From the NCBI GenBank assembly GCA_963666985.2, contig CAXXIA010000002.1, forward strand, positions 2,976,001 to 3,040,000: 64,000 bases of DNA, read 5' to 3'. The stretch comes from Spirochaetia bacterium. GTDB taxonomy: Bacteria; Spirochaetota; Spirochaetia; DSM-2461. Position numbers and translations under genes: made by a program. Shown here in pieces: positions 38,520 to 48,250 of the stretch. The notes under the pieces are model-generated. The model was given only the letters and a program-made list of their open reading frames with translations. It searched no databases and was not told the origin of the DNA. Within the stretch, counting starts at the first letter, position 1. The number at the start of each line of letters is the position of its first letter.

Positions 38520-40958
38520 ATGACTTACGGACATTTCGACGATGAGAAGCGGGAATATGTGATAACGGAGCCGAAAACGCCCTGGCCCTGGATTAACTAC
38601 TTGGGCGACGACGGCTTTTTCTCGCTGATTTCCAATACCGGCGGGGGCTACAGTTTTTACAAGGATGCTTTGTACCGGCGCATTACGCGCTACCGCTATA
38701 ACAATGTTCCTTTGGATGAAGGTTCGCGGGGATTTTGGATTCGGGAGGCCGACGGAACGCTTTGGTCGCCGGGATGGAAGCCGGCCAAAACGGACCTTGA
38801 TTCCTATGAGTGCCGACACGGTTTGGGGTATACCCGCCTGACGGGGAAAAAGGACGGCCTGGAGGCTTCCGTGCTGTTCACCGTGCCCCGGGGGATAAGC
38901 GCGGAAGTTCAGAAGGTGACTCTGAAGAACAACGGGGATAATGCACGTGTTTTTTCCTTTTATTCCTACGTGGAATACGCCCTCTGGAACGGTCAGTCCG
39001 ACGGGGAGAATTTTCAGCGGAATTTGAATGTCGGCGAGGTGGAGATTGACGGGGCCACCATTATTCATAAAACCGAATACCGCGAACGCCGAAATCATTT
39101 GTCGTTCTATCACAGCTCCCGAACGCCCGACGGTTTCGATTCCGACCGGGAAAGTTTCATTGGTCTGTACGAACCTTTTTCCGCGCCAGAGCAGCCGATT
39201 GCCGGAACCTCGAAGAATTCGGTGGCCGACGGCTGGAGTCCCGTGGCCGCCTTCCGGCACGATATCGAACTGCCTCCCGGCGGCACCGAACAGATGGTGT
39301 TCGTTCTGGGTTACGTGGAGAACGATCCGCAGGACAAGTGGGAAAAACCGGGTGTAGTGAAGAAGGACGCGATCCGTTCTCTTATCGGCCGGGTGGGAAC
39401 CCCTGAGAAAGCGGATGCGGCTTTGGAGGCGTTGAAATCTCATTGGGAAGATCTTCTTTCGCGCTATCGGATTTCTCATCCGGAAAAGAAGCTGGAACGC
39501 ATGGTGAACGTGTGGAACCAGTATCAGTGCATGGTAACCTACAACCTGGCGCGGTCGGCCAGTTACTTTGAATCGGGAATCGGACGGGGACTGGGTTTCC
39601 GGGATACCTCCCAGGATCTTCTGGGATTCGTACATCAGATTCCGGCCAAGGCCAAGGAGCGCATTCTCGACGTGGCGGCCACCCAGTTTCCCGACGGCGG
39701 CTGCTACCATCAGTACCAGCCGCTGACCAAGAAGGGCAACGCGGGCATCGGCGGGAATTTCCGGGACGATCCGATTTGGCTTATCGCCGCGGTTTCCGCG
39801 TATATCCGGGAGACCGGCGAATGGGAGTTTCTGGACGAGAAGGTGCCGTTCGACGGCGGCGTGGAGCCCGAGGCCACTATTTTTACCCACCTGGAACGGT
39901 CGTTCAATCAGGTTCTGGAGAACCGCGGTCCGCACGGACTGCCGCTGATCGGTCGGGCCGACTGGAACGACTGTTTGAATCTGAATACCTTTTCTTCGGA
40001 TCCCAACGATTCCTTTCAGATTGCCGGAGACGGAGAGGGCCGGGTTGCCGAATCAGTTTTTATCGCCGGGATGTTCGTTCTCTACGGACGGCAGTACGCC
40101 GAAATGTGCCGACGGTCCGGGCGTACCGATACGGCCGAGGCGGCCCTGCGTGAAGTTGCCGCCATGGAACGGGTTGTGATGGAACACGGCTGGGACGGCG
40201 AGTGGTACCTGCGGGCCTATGATGCGTATGGCAATAAGGTGGGATCGGCCGAATGCGCCGAGGGCAAAATTCTTATCGAGCCTCAAGGGTTCTGTTCCAT
40301 GGCGGAAATCGGGGCGGCCGAGGGTTTGCCTGTGAAGGCTCTGGATTCGGCGGAGAAACATTTGGGAAGCGACCACGGTTTGGTGATTATTTGGCCGGCC
40401 TACACCGAGTACCATTTGGAGCTGGGCGAGATTTCCAGCTATCCGCCGGGGTATAAGGAAAACGGCGGGATTTTCTGCCACAACAATCCGTGGGTGATGA
40501 TCGGTGAGAGCGTGGCCGGGCGGGCCGAGAAAGCCTGGGAGTATTACACGCGCATCGCGCCCGCGTGGCGGGAAGAGATGAGCGAGGTGCACCGCACCGA
40601 GCCTTACGTGTATGCCCAGATGATCGCCGGGAAAGAGGCCGGACGCCACGGCGAGGCCAAGAATTCCTGGCTGACCGGCACCGCGGCCTGGAACTTCGTG
40701 GCGGTCAGTCAGCACATTTTGGGCGTTCGGCCGCATTGGGACGGTTTGGAGATTGATCCCTGCGTGCCCGCCGAGTGGGACGGTTTTACGGTGGAGAGGT
40801 TTTTCCGCGGCGAGAGGTACCGGATTGTGTTTACGAACGAAAGCCGGAGCGGCGGCCGGGGCATTAAGTCCATGAGCGTGGACGGTAAGGCTGTGGACGG
40901 AAACGTGATTCGGCCGGTGGGCGACGGAGCTGAGCATCTGGTGGAAGTGGTTCTGTGA
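38520..40958 (+). CDS. GH94 glycoside phosphorylase (cellobiose phosphorylase-like)
   Basis: YGHFDDEKREYVIT, GRGLGFRDT.QD, GRADWNDCLNL, KENGGIFCHNNPW, NSWLTGTA. GGAGG SD. Confidence 0.93.
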   Translation: MTYGHFDDEKREYVITEPKTPWPWINYLGDDGFFSLISNTGGGYSFYKDALYRRITRYRYNNVPLDEGSRGFWIREADGTLWSPGWKPAKTDLDSYECRHGLGYTRLTGKKDGLEASVLFTVPRGISAEVQKVTLKNNGDNARVFSFYSYVEYALWNGQSDGENFQRNLNVGEVEIDGATIIHKTEYRERRNHLSFYHSSRTPDGFDSDRESFIGLYEPFSAPEQPIAGTSKNSVADGWSPVAAFRHDIELPPGGTEQMVFVLGYVENDPQDKWEKPGVVKKDAIRSLIGRVGTPEKADAALEALKSHWEDLLSRYRISHPEKKLERMVNVWNQYQCMVTYNLARSASYFESGIGRGLGFRDTSQDLLGFVHQIPAKAKERILDVAATQFPDGGCYHQYQPLTKKGNAGIGGNFRDDPIWLIAAVSAYIRETGEWEFLDEKVPFDGGVEPEATIFTHLERSFNQVLENRGPHGLPLIGRADWNDCLNLNTFSSDPNDSFQIAGDGEGRVAESVFIAGMFVLYGRQYAEMCRRSGRTDTAEAALREVAAMERVVMEHGWDGEWYLRAYDAYGNKVGSAECAEGKILIEPQGFCSMAEIGAAEGLPVKALDSAEKHLGSDHGLVIIWPAYTEYHLELGEISSYPPGYKENGGIFCHNNPWVMIGESVAGRAEKAWEYYTRIAPAWREEMSEVHRTEPYVYAQMIAGKEAGRHGEAKNSWLTGTAAWNFVAVSQHILGVRPHWDGLEIDPCVPAEWDGFTVERFFRGERYRIVFTNESRSGGRGIKSMSVDGKAVDGNVIRPVGDGAEHLVEVVL

Positions 40959-43789
40959 GTTCCTGCGGGTACTTCGACGATGAGCGGTGCGAGTATGTGA
41001 TTCGGACGCCGAAGACGCCGGTGCGGTGGATTAACTACATCGGGACGCGGTCCTTCGGCGGCTTCGTGGATCAGACGGGTGCCGGGGTGATCTGCAGGGA
41101 TGATCCGGGTTTGAACCGAATCGTGAAGTATCTGCCGCAGAGGCCGCAGTCCGATTTCAACGGGGAGACGGTGTATCTGCGGGAGCGGGTCGGCGGGGGT
41201 GGAGCGAGCGACGGCGGCCGGGTTTCCGGCGGCGATGAAGATGTGCTCGGCGACGGGAGTGCTGCCGGAATCGGCGAGGCGGCCGGGACCGATGCGGGAA
41301 CGGCGGGGAACGGCGGGCTTCGGGGGTCATCCTGTAAACTCTTCAGCCCTTTCTTCGTACCGACGCTGAGGGAGCCCGAAGCGTGGGAATGCCGCGTGGG
41401 GCTGGGGCGCAGCGACTGGGACGTGCTGACGGATGGAATCCGGGTTCGCGTAACGGTGTTCGTGCCGCCGGGGGCCGATTATGTTGTGCGGCGTTATGTT
41501 GTGTCGAATGAATCTGAGAGGCCTCGCGAGCTGGATGTTGTTCCGGTGGTTGAGTTCAGTCATTTTGATGCTTTGAAACAATTTACGAATGCGGACTGGG
41601 TGCCGCAGACGATGCAGGCTTCGGCGCTGCGCCGTTCGGACGGGTCGCTCGCGGGGGTGAAGCAGGCGGCGTTCATGATGAAGGGGCGCGCGGAAAATTG
41701 GTTTGCCGCTGTTGGGGCGCCGGTGAGTTCGTTCGAGACCGACCGGGAGGTTTTCCTGGGGGATTACGGGTTCGGCGGGTGGCGGAATCCCGGGGCGCTT
41801 GTCGGCGGATCGGGAGAGGTTCCGGACTGCGCGGGCGGCGTGTGCGGCGGAAGCATTGCCGGCGGCACAAATGCCGGAGAATCGGTTGGGAATGGTGCCT
41901 CCGCTGTTGAATCCGCGGCGGGTTCGGCGGGCGGATTAGACGCAAAATCGGTTCCGGCAGAACTGTCGAACGGGGAAGCCCTGCGGGGCAACAATATCGC
42001 CGCTCTGATGATTCATCTCGGCACCCTGGCGCCGGGCGAATCGCGAACGGTAACGACGCTTCTGGGCCAGTCTCCCGACGCGGCGGCCATGGCCGATCAA
42101 GTAGACGCATTAGGCGGCTCCGATGCGGTGGAGGCCGGCCTGAAGGAGTTGGCGGCCGCCTGGGAGGATTCGCTGGGCCGCTTCCGCGCGGAAACTCCTT
42201 CGGCCGAAATGAACAGCTTGGTGAACATTCATAACGCCCGCCAGTGCCGCATCACCGCGAACTGGTCGCGCTACCTTTCTCTCTACCAGCTGGGTCTTGG
42301 CGCCCGGGGTATGGGCTTCCGGGATACCAGTCAGGATACGATGGGCATCCTTCATGCCGCGCCCGAAGAGGCCCGCTTTCTTCTGCGCCTGCTTCTTTCG
42401 GTGCAGAAGAGAGACGGATCGGCGATGCATCAGTTCTTTCCCCTCACCATGGAAGCCAACGAGGGCGATTCCCGGGAAGACCCCGAGAGGCCCGATTTTT
42501 ACGGGGACGATCATCTCTGGGCGGTTCTGGCAACGTGCGCCTATCTTCGGGAAACAGGCGATTACGCTTTTCTTGACGAAGCGATACCGTTTTATGAAAA
42601 AAACAGGGATGGGCGGCCGCTGGAAAGCGCTCCGGTGCGGGAGCATCTGCGGCGGGCCCTGGCGTTCACGCGCTCTCACACGGGGGCGCACGGGCTGCCC
42701 CTTCTGGGGTTCGCGGACTGGAACGACACGATGAATCTGCCCACGGGTTCCGAGTCCATGATGATCGCGAATCTCTATGGCGCGGCTTTGATGGAAGTGG
42801 AGTCTCTTTTGGTTTTCCTGACCCCCGAGGGCGATTCGTCGGAGAGGGATACGGCGCTTCGCTCTTCGAGGGGCGGCGGCTCGGAGGGGGCACGGGCCGT
42901 CGGTGGGGCAGAGGGCGCTTCCGGAATTACGGCGGCGCCTTCCGCGCCCGAAAATGACGCTTCATGGCTCACCTGGATCAGGGAAGCCTGGGCGGAAATG
43001 GCCGCCGTATTTCGCCGCGAAGCCTGGGACGGAGAGTGGTGGCGCCGCTGGTACGACGAAGAAGGCAATCCCCTCGGTTCGGCGGAAAACGAGGCCGGGA
43101 AAATCTGGCTCAACGCCCAGAGCTGGCCGGTTCTTTCCGGCTTCGCCATCGGCGATCAGGCCTTGCGGGCCATGAACAGCGCTTTCGAAAAGCTCAACAC
43201 CAAGCACGGACTCAAGCTCTCGTGGCCCGGCTATAACGGCTTTGATGAAAGACTCGGCGGTGCTTCCACTTATCCTCCGGGCGCCAAAGAAAACGGGGGA
43301 ATCTTTCTTCATTCCAATCCCTGGGCCGTCATCGCCGAAACCCTCTTGGGCCGCGGTGAGCGGGCCTGGCGGTATTACGAGCAGATTAACCCGGCGCGCC
43401 GGAACGACTGCATCGAAGAGTTCGAGGTAGAGCCCTACTGCTACCCCCAGAACATTCTCGGAGATGAGCATCCTCAGCACGGACTTGGAAGAAACTCCTG
43501 GCTCTCGGGAACCGCGAGCTGGTGCTGGCAGGCCGCCACTCAGTACATCCTCGGCATCAGGCCCGAGCACGGAGGTCTTTCCGTGAATCCCTGCATCCCT
43601 CCCTCTTGGAAAGGGTTCCGGGTGAACCGAACCTTCCGCGGCGCCGTCTACGAGATAACCGTGGAAAATCCGAAAGAGGTTTCCAAAGGCGTGGCGTCGT
43701 TGCTGGTCGACGGCCGGGAAATTAAGGGAGTGTTGGTTCCGGTTGCCGAGGCCGGCCGAACCGTGGAAGTGCGCGCCGTGCTTGGGTGA
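40955..43789 (+). CDS. Second GH94 glycoside phosphorylase (specificity uncertain) with three low-complexity insertions
   Basis: GYFDDERCEYVI, GMGFRDTSQD, FADWND, KENGGIFLHSNPW, NSWLSGTA. GTGA overlap with the upstream gene. Confidence 0.9.
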   Translation: MSSCGYFDDERCEYVIRTPKTPVRWINYIGTRSFGGFVDQTGAGVICRDDPGLNRIVKYLPQRPQSDFNGETVYLRERVGGGGASDGGRVSGGDEDVLGDGSAAGIGEAAGTDAGTAGNGGLRGSSCKLFSPFFVPTLREPEAWECRVGLGRSDWDVLTDGIRVRVTVFVPPGADYVVRRYVVSNESERPRELDVVPVVEFSHFDALKQFTNADWVPQTMQASALRRSDGSLAGVKQAAFMMKGRAENWFAAVGAPVSSFETDREVFLGDYGFGGWRNPGALVGGSGEVPDCAGGVCGGSIAGGTNAGESVGNGASAVESAAGSAGGLDAKSVPAELSNGEALRGNNIAALMIHLGTLAPGESRTVTTLLGQSPDAAAMADQVDALGGSDAVEAGLKELAAAWEDSLGRFRAETPSAEMNSLVNIHNARQCRITANWSRYLSLYQLGLGARGMGFRDTSQDTMGILHAAPEEARFLLRLLLSVQKRDGSAMHQFFPLTMEANEGDSREDPERPDFYGDDHLWAVLATCAYLRETGDYAFLDEAIPFYEKNRDGRPLESAPVREHLRRALAFTRSHTGAHGLPLLGFADWNDTMNLPTGSESMMIANLYGAALMEVESLLVFLTPEGDSSERDTALRSSRGGGSEGARAVGGAEGASGITAAPSAPENDASWLTWIREAWAEMAAVFRREAWDGEWWRRWYDEEGNPLGSAENEAGKIWLNAQSWPVLSGFAIGDQALRAMNSAFEKLNTKHGLKLSWPGYNGFDERLGGASTYPPGAKENGGIFLHSNPWAVIAETLLGRGERAWRYYEQINPARRNDCIEEFEVEPYCYPQNILGDEHPQHGLGRNSWLSGTASWCWQAATQYILGIRPEHGGLSVNPCIPPSWKGFRVNRTFRGAVYEITVENPKEVSKGVASLLVDGREIKGVLVPVAEAGRTVEVRAVLG

Positions 43790-43953
43790 AAGAGCACTGA
43801 ATCCGGTGCCGTCGGCGGCTTTTGAAGAGATCGAATCCCATCCTGCGCCGGCGGTTCTGATTTCAGCCGCGCCGAGGGAGAAGATTCAGGTTCTCACCGT
43901 GCATAGGCGGCGGTTAAGGAATCGCGCCTGAGAACCAGAAGCGGAGTTCATCC

Positions 43954-44646
43954 TCAATAGACAAATTCCATGCGGATGCCGCCGGCCTTATGGATAATCA
44001 TTCGTCCGGCGAATTCCATCTCCATCACATTCGGCATCCATGTCCCCTTCGGTCCCGGAGATGCTTCCAGATGATAGGTCATTGATGAGATGAGCTGAGG
44101 AGTTTCCGTTAGAGAGCTTATGATTCTCAGCGGCATTCCGCTCTCCAAATCGAGAAACATGACTCCTTCTTCCACCACCGGCTTCGGGTCGCCTGAGCCC
44201 ATTTCCCATTCGTCTTCAAAGCGGTAATCGTAGATGCGGCATGTTCGCCCTTCGATCATTCCGGTGAGGGAACGCGGATGGAGTGTCAGGCCGTCGGCCT
44301 TTTCGGGATTGAACATTTGGTGCAGGCGGAACGGTTCGTTGTCATTGTTCCGGCGTCTGTTTTTTCTCAGTTCCCTCTCGGTAACGTCTTTTCCGTCTTC
44401 TTGCGCCGATATGATGACGTATCGTCCCTCGGTTTCATTCCAGGAGAGTTCGATAACGGTTTCCGCGATCATCTCTCCGTCGCGATTATTTTCTTGATTG
44501 GTCATAATGAGGGTGGGGGCTCGGAGTGTGTTTTCCGGAGATACGCGGAACATGGCCTGCTCCCAAAGTTCGTCCGCGGCCGCTATTCCGGATATAAGGC
44601 CGCTCATGAGCAGGACGGCTGCCGTTAGACGTATAGGAAAATTCAT
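43954..44646 (-). CDS. Hypothetical exported protein
   Basis: Signal peptide MNFPIRLTAAVLLMSGLISGIAAA; beta-rich body. Start placed at ATG 44646. Confidence 0.65.
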   Translation of the reverse strand: MNFPIRLTAAVLLMSGLISGIAAADELWEQAMFRVSPENTLRAPTLIMTNQENNRDGEMIAETVIELSWNETEGRYVIISAQEDGKDVTERELRKNRRRNNDNEPFRLHQMFNPEKADGLTLHPRSLTGMIEGRTCRIYDYRFEDEWEMGSGDPKPVVEEGVMFLDLESGMPLRIISSLTETPQLISSMTYHLEASPGPKGTWMPNVMEMEFAGRMIIHKAGGIRMEFVY

Positions 44647-44809
44647 ATGTGGAATATAATTCCCGTAGGGCGCGGCGGCCAGATCTTTTCGGCTTTTTTG
44701 GATTGCCGGAGACCAGCTGGAAACACCGGCTGCGGAATCATCTCTATCCGTTATCCGTACCCCCACGCGGTTCTCCGGAGTCCCTCCGCCGGATTGCCTC
44801 GGCCGTTTT

Positions 44810-45592
44810 TTATATTCGCGCGCCCATGCGGTTCCCCGAGGAATAGCGGCGAAGTCCCAGTTGGAAAATCCCAAAGGCCGCAAGGACCAGCACCGTATCC
44901 GCCGCGAGCAGCAGAAGCATCTTCCCGGCGGAGAAAGAACGGAAGAGTTCCGCCGGTATCCAGGCCACCAGGGCCGACGGCACGGCGAAGGTTAAAAGCG
45001 CCCTTACCGGCGGCGGGAATAAGGTCGGCGGATAGAGCGTGAAGCTGAGCAGCATCTCATCAAGCGTAAACACCAAGCCTTCGGCGTTGTGCAGCCAGAA
45101 ACTTAAGGAATGGAAAATCAGACGGGCGGCCGCCATGGCAATCGCCCCGAGGATGCTCAGAAGCAAAAAGAGCAGCATCGGTCCGGGTTTGAGCGGCTGG
45201 GTGAAGGCATAGACGATAATCCCGTAGAGAATGTCGCCCCAGCCCGCCACCGCCATGCGGCTGCATGCCGCGTTCAGCGCCACGGGTCTGGGCTGGGTCA
45301 GATACACATCGAGATCGCCCGAAACAATGATGGCGGACAAGTGAGGGATGTTGCCCGCGAAGATCTGTCCCAGGCCGTACACGGCGGCGACAAGGGCCCA
45401 GAGGAACATTACGTCGTTAAAACCCCATCCGCCGAGGTCTCCCGCGTGGTCATAGAGAACGCGCCAGAAGACGATGAACATGGCGTTGTTCAGAGCCATG
45501 CCGAAAACCTGCATGAGAAAGCTGGCCCGGTAGGCCATGCCTGATGAAAGGTTGAACTTAAAATACGCGGCGAGCATACGCACTGTTTTCAT
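44810..45592 (-). CDS. ABC-2 type exporter permease (DUF990-like)
   Basis: YRASF, GDLDVYLTQP, GLRRYSSG; about 6 TM. Confidence 0.88.
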   Translation of the reverse strand: MKTVRMLAAYFKFNLSSGMAYRASFLMQVFGMALNNAMFIVFWRVLYDHAGDLGGWGFNDVMFLWALVAAVYGLGQIFAGNIPHLSAIIVSGDLDVYLTQPRPVALNAACSRMAVAGWGDILYGIIVYAFTQPLKPGPMLLFLLLSILGAIAMAAARLIFHSLSFWLHNAEGLVFTLDEMLLSFTLYPPTLFPPPVRALLTFAVPSALVAWIPAELFRSFSAGKMLLLLAADTVLVLAAFGIFQLGLRRYSSGNRMGARI

Positions 45593-45593
45593 C

Positions 45594-46385
45594 TCAGCCT
45601 CCCTGCACTTCGATTCGCCTGATACTTCCCCGGTAAACCGTAAGGATGATCAGTCCCAAAACAACACCCCAAAAAACCTGGCCTCCCGCCGCCCGGAGAA
45701 ACAGGGCACCATTCATCACCGTTACCGTTCCCGGCCAGTGGGCCACATGCGCGAACGGCAGAACCTTGAGAACGGCCGCGAAACGTGCGGGGTAGAGATC
45801 CAGCGGGAAATACAGGCCGCCGAAGATGAAGATGATCTTCTGCAGAATCCAGTAGAGCGGCGTGACGTCTTCCATCACGAAAGCCGCCAAACCCACGAGC
45901 ATTTCCATTTGCGCCATGAGAACCAGAGCTCCCGCCGAGAGGAGCAGCCCCGATGCCATGCCCGCGACGCCGGAGGGAAATCCGCCCGCGGTAAGCCGGG
46001 CCGTCAGCGATCCCAGAATGATGACCGGCAGCAGACGCAAGGCTCCCTCGCCCAGAAAACGCATCATTACGATTCTCGGGTAGGGCAGGGGGCGGACGAG
46101 TCCGTAGGCCACGGTTCCGTCCTTGACTTCCCGCTGCACGGTGGGCCAGAGTTCTGATTTCCCGAAAATAACCGCTTCGGTGACGACGAGGTACCAGACC
46201 ATCCGGCACAGGTCGAACCCCGCGATTTCGAAGCGATCCGCATAGACTTTTTTCCACAGCGACGCGAAGACGTAGAGAATCACAATCAGAAAAAGATTGC
46301 GCAGTATAAAGGTTTTAAGATAGGCCCACTGATTCCGGATACCCAGCCCCATCAGAGCCAGAGACGGCGAACGGGAGAGACTCAT
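45594..46385 (-). CDS. ABC-2 type exporter permease (DUF990-like)
   Basis: VKDGTVAYGLVRP, FGGLYFPLDLYP, C-terminal VQGG. Confidence 0.88.
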   Translation of the reverse strand: MSLSRSPSLALMGLGIRNQWAYLKTFILRNLFLIVILYVFASLWKKVYADRFEIAGFDLCRMVWYLVVTEAVIFGKSELWPTVQREVKDGTVAYGLVRPLPYPRIVMMRFLGEGALRLLPVIILGSLTARLTAGGFPSGVAGMASGLLLSAGALVLMAQMEMLVGLAAFVMEDVTPLYWILQKIIFIFGGLYFPLDLYPARFAAVLKVLPFAHVAHWPGTVTVMNGALFLRAAGGQVFWGVVLGLIILTVYRGSIRRIEVQGG

Positions 46386-47383
46386 AAGGCGCCCCCTTTC
46401 AATTCTCCGTTGTAGATTCTCGCGATGATATCTTCCAGCGGTGTCGCGGCGACGGTGATGTCCGCCACCGGATGGGAGCCTGTAATTGTGTTGATCACCG
46501 AAGCCGTATCGATTGAATCGAGGTTCACTTCGAGTTTGAGGCTCCATTCCCGTTCCTTGAGTACCGTTACGCCCTCCATCGCCGGAACGCAGGGTCCCGG
46601 CTCGGCGAATTTTACGTCGATAATTCGGGTGTTCAGCAGTGAATACTTCAGGTCTTTAACGGTGCCTTCCCATACCGTGCGTCCCTCGTCGATCACCACG
46701 GCCCGCCGTCCGAGGCTCTCGATATCGCCCGCGTCGTGGGAAGTGAGAAACACGGTGACTCCCGAATCCTCGTTAATCCGGCGGATCAGTTCCCTCAGGC
46801 GTTTTTTCGCCACCACGTCCAGGCCGATGCTCGGTTCGTCCAGAAACAGGATTTCCGGTTCATGAATGAGCCCCGCGGCGATTTCACAGCGGATTCTCTG
46901 CCCCAGCGACAGCTTACGCGTCGGCACGTCCATGAAGTCGGTAATCTCGAAGGCCTCCGAAAGGTAGGCGATACGTTTCTCGGCTTCCCTGCGGGGAATC
47001 CCGTAGATGGTGCCCAAAAGATTGAAGGTATCGGCAGGCGGCAGATGAAACCAAAGCTGACTCTTCTGACCGAAGACCGTGCCGATTTTATACGCCAGGC
47101 GTTTTCGGTCCGTGTGGGGATTAAGTCCGAGAACATCGATCTCGCCCGAATCGGGATAGAGAATGCCCGTAAGCATTTTGATGGTTGTGGATTTCCCGGC
47201 GCCGTTGGGTCCGATAAGAGCCAGCATGTCGCCTCTTTCCACCTCCAGACCAAGATTTGAAACGGCTTCGGTCTCTTTCCATTGGGGCCTCAGGAGAGTC
47301 CGGACCGACGCCTTCAGACCGGGATTCTTAACGCGGCTGCGAAAGCTCTTTTGTAATCCTGCTGTTCTGATAACCGTTTCCAT
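46382..47383 (-). CDS. ABC exporter ATP-binding protein
   Basis: GPNGAGKST, FGQKSQLW, LSLGQR, LFLDEP. Confidence 0.95.
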   Translation of the reverse strand: METVIRTAGLQKSFRSRVKNPGLKASVRTLLRPQWKETEAVSNLGLEVERGDMLALIGPNGAGKSTTIKMLTGILYPDSGEIDVLGLNPHTDRKRLAYKIGTVFGQKSQLWFHLPPADTFNLLGTIYGIPRREAEKRIAYLSEAFEITDFMDVPTRKLSLGQRIRCEIAAGLIHEPEILFLDEPSIGLDVVAKKRLRELIRRINEDSGVTVFLTSHDAGDIESLGRRAVVIDEGRTVWEGTVKDLKYSLLNTRIIDVKFAEPGPCVPAMEGVTVLKEREWSLKLEVNLDSIDTASVINTITGSHPVADITVAATPLEDIIARIYNGELKGGAL

Positions 47384-47472
47384 GTTTCGCTCCTTTTCGC
47401 TTCGCGGTGCTTGAGCCGCCGTTATTCTTTCCCATGGCGATCCGCGATACCGCTTTCGCGGCTTTGCAAATC

Positions 47473-47511
47473 AAAAAAAAAGCCCGCGATCCATTCGATT
47501 GGACCGCGGGC
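47473..47511 (-). terminator. Intrinsic terminator (attenuator) in the ABC operon leader
   Basis: Minus strand GCCCGCGGTCCA-ATCGAA-TGGATCGCGGGC followed by T9, about 90 nt upstream of the ATPase start. Confidence 0.85.
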
Positions 47512-47538
47512 CGTTATTTCACAATAAATAAACGACGC

Positions 47539-47607
47539 CTAGGTCCCTCCCCTAAAGGGGACGATGACGAGAGAAAACATCTTGTCTGTATAGTACGCCG
47601 TTTTCAT
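47539..47607 (-). CDS. Putative leader peptide MKTAYYTDKMFSLVIVPFRGGT
   Basis: 22-codon ORF between the promoter and the terminator. Confidence 0.55.
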   Translation of the reverse strand: MKTAYYTDKMFSLVIVPFRGGT

Positions 47608-47614
47608 TGATGTG

Positions 47615-47644
47615 AAGCTAACCTTTGAACGTTGGTTATGTCAA
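47615..47644 (-). promoter_or_regulatory. Sigma70 promoter of the ABC operon leader
   Basis: TTGACA-N18-TAGCTT, then 7 nt, then the leader ATG. Confidence 0.7.
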
Positions 47645-47764
47645 CTGTAAGGGGGCGTTTTCTAACGGAAGCTGATACTTTGAGCCCAGACGAATAAGTT
47701 AAAGAACACGGTCTAAAAATATTTCATTATCGGTAGATTCAGAATCAGTTTTCGGACAATTCCT

Positions 47765-47977
47765 TTAAGCAAGAATCTCGGCGGCCCTTTCTTTCTGGCT
47801 TGGAAAAAGATCGGACGGTACCGCTTCTTTTCCCAATTTTGTAAAGACCATGTATCGAGCGCATTTACTGGAGTCGCCTTGGCAATATTTCTTCTTCATC
47901 ATGTTTGCCATGGCGGGCGTATTTGCCATTTTGTCATTGAAAAACGGACATCCGGCAATACAGACACAATCGGCCAT
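47765..47977 (-). CDS. Small Cys-rich hypothetical protein
   Basis: AGGAGG SD; pattern C.C...CPFF ... YC.G...CARY ... PSDLFP. Confidence 0.75.
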   Translation of the reverse strand: MADCVCIAGCPFFNDKMANTPAMANMMKKKYCQGDSSKCARYMVFTKLGKEAVPSDLFPSQKERAAEILA

Positions 47978-48250
47978 AAAGTCCCTCCTGTTGAATAAAG
48001 TCTATGACTGCATATCACAGTGTCAATAACCGCTATTCACTGATAAACGTAAGAAAAGAAGTTTTCCGTGCCTCTCTGATTCGGAATAATCCGTTGAAAG
48101 AGCATTCCGGGCACACCTTCTCAAACCGATAAATTTGATTTTGTAGAATTGATTCCTAAAACTATAAGCAACTTCAATAGCTCCGACTTAACACAATTAA
48201 TTTACTTGCAATCTTGGAAGAGGAGTTGTGAGTAAAGGTTAACGGAGCCG

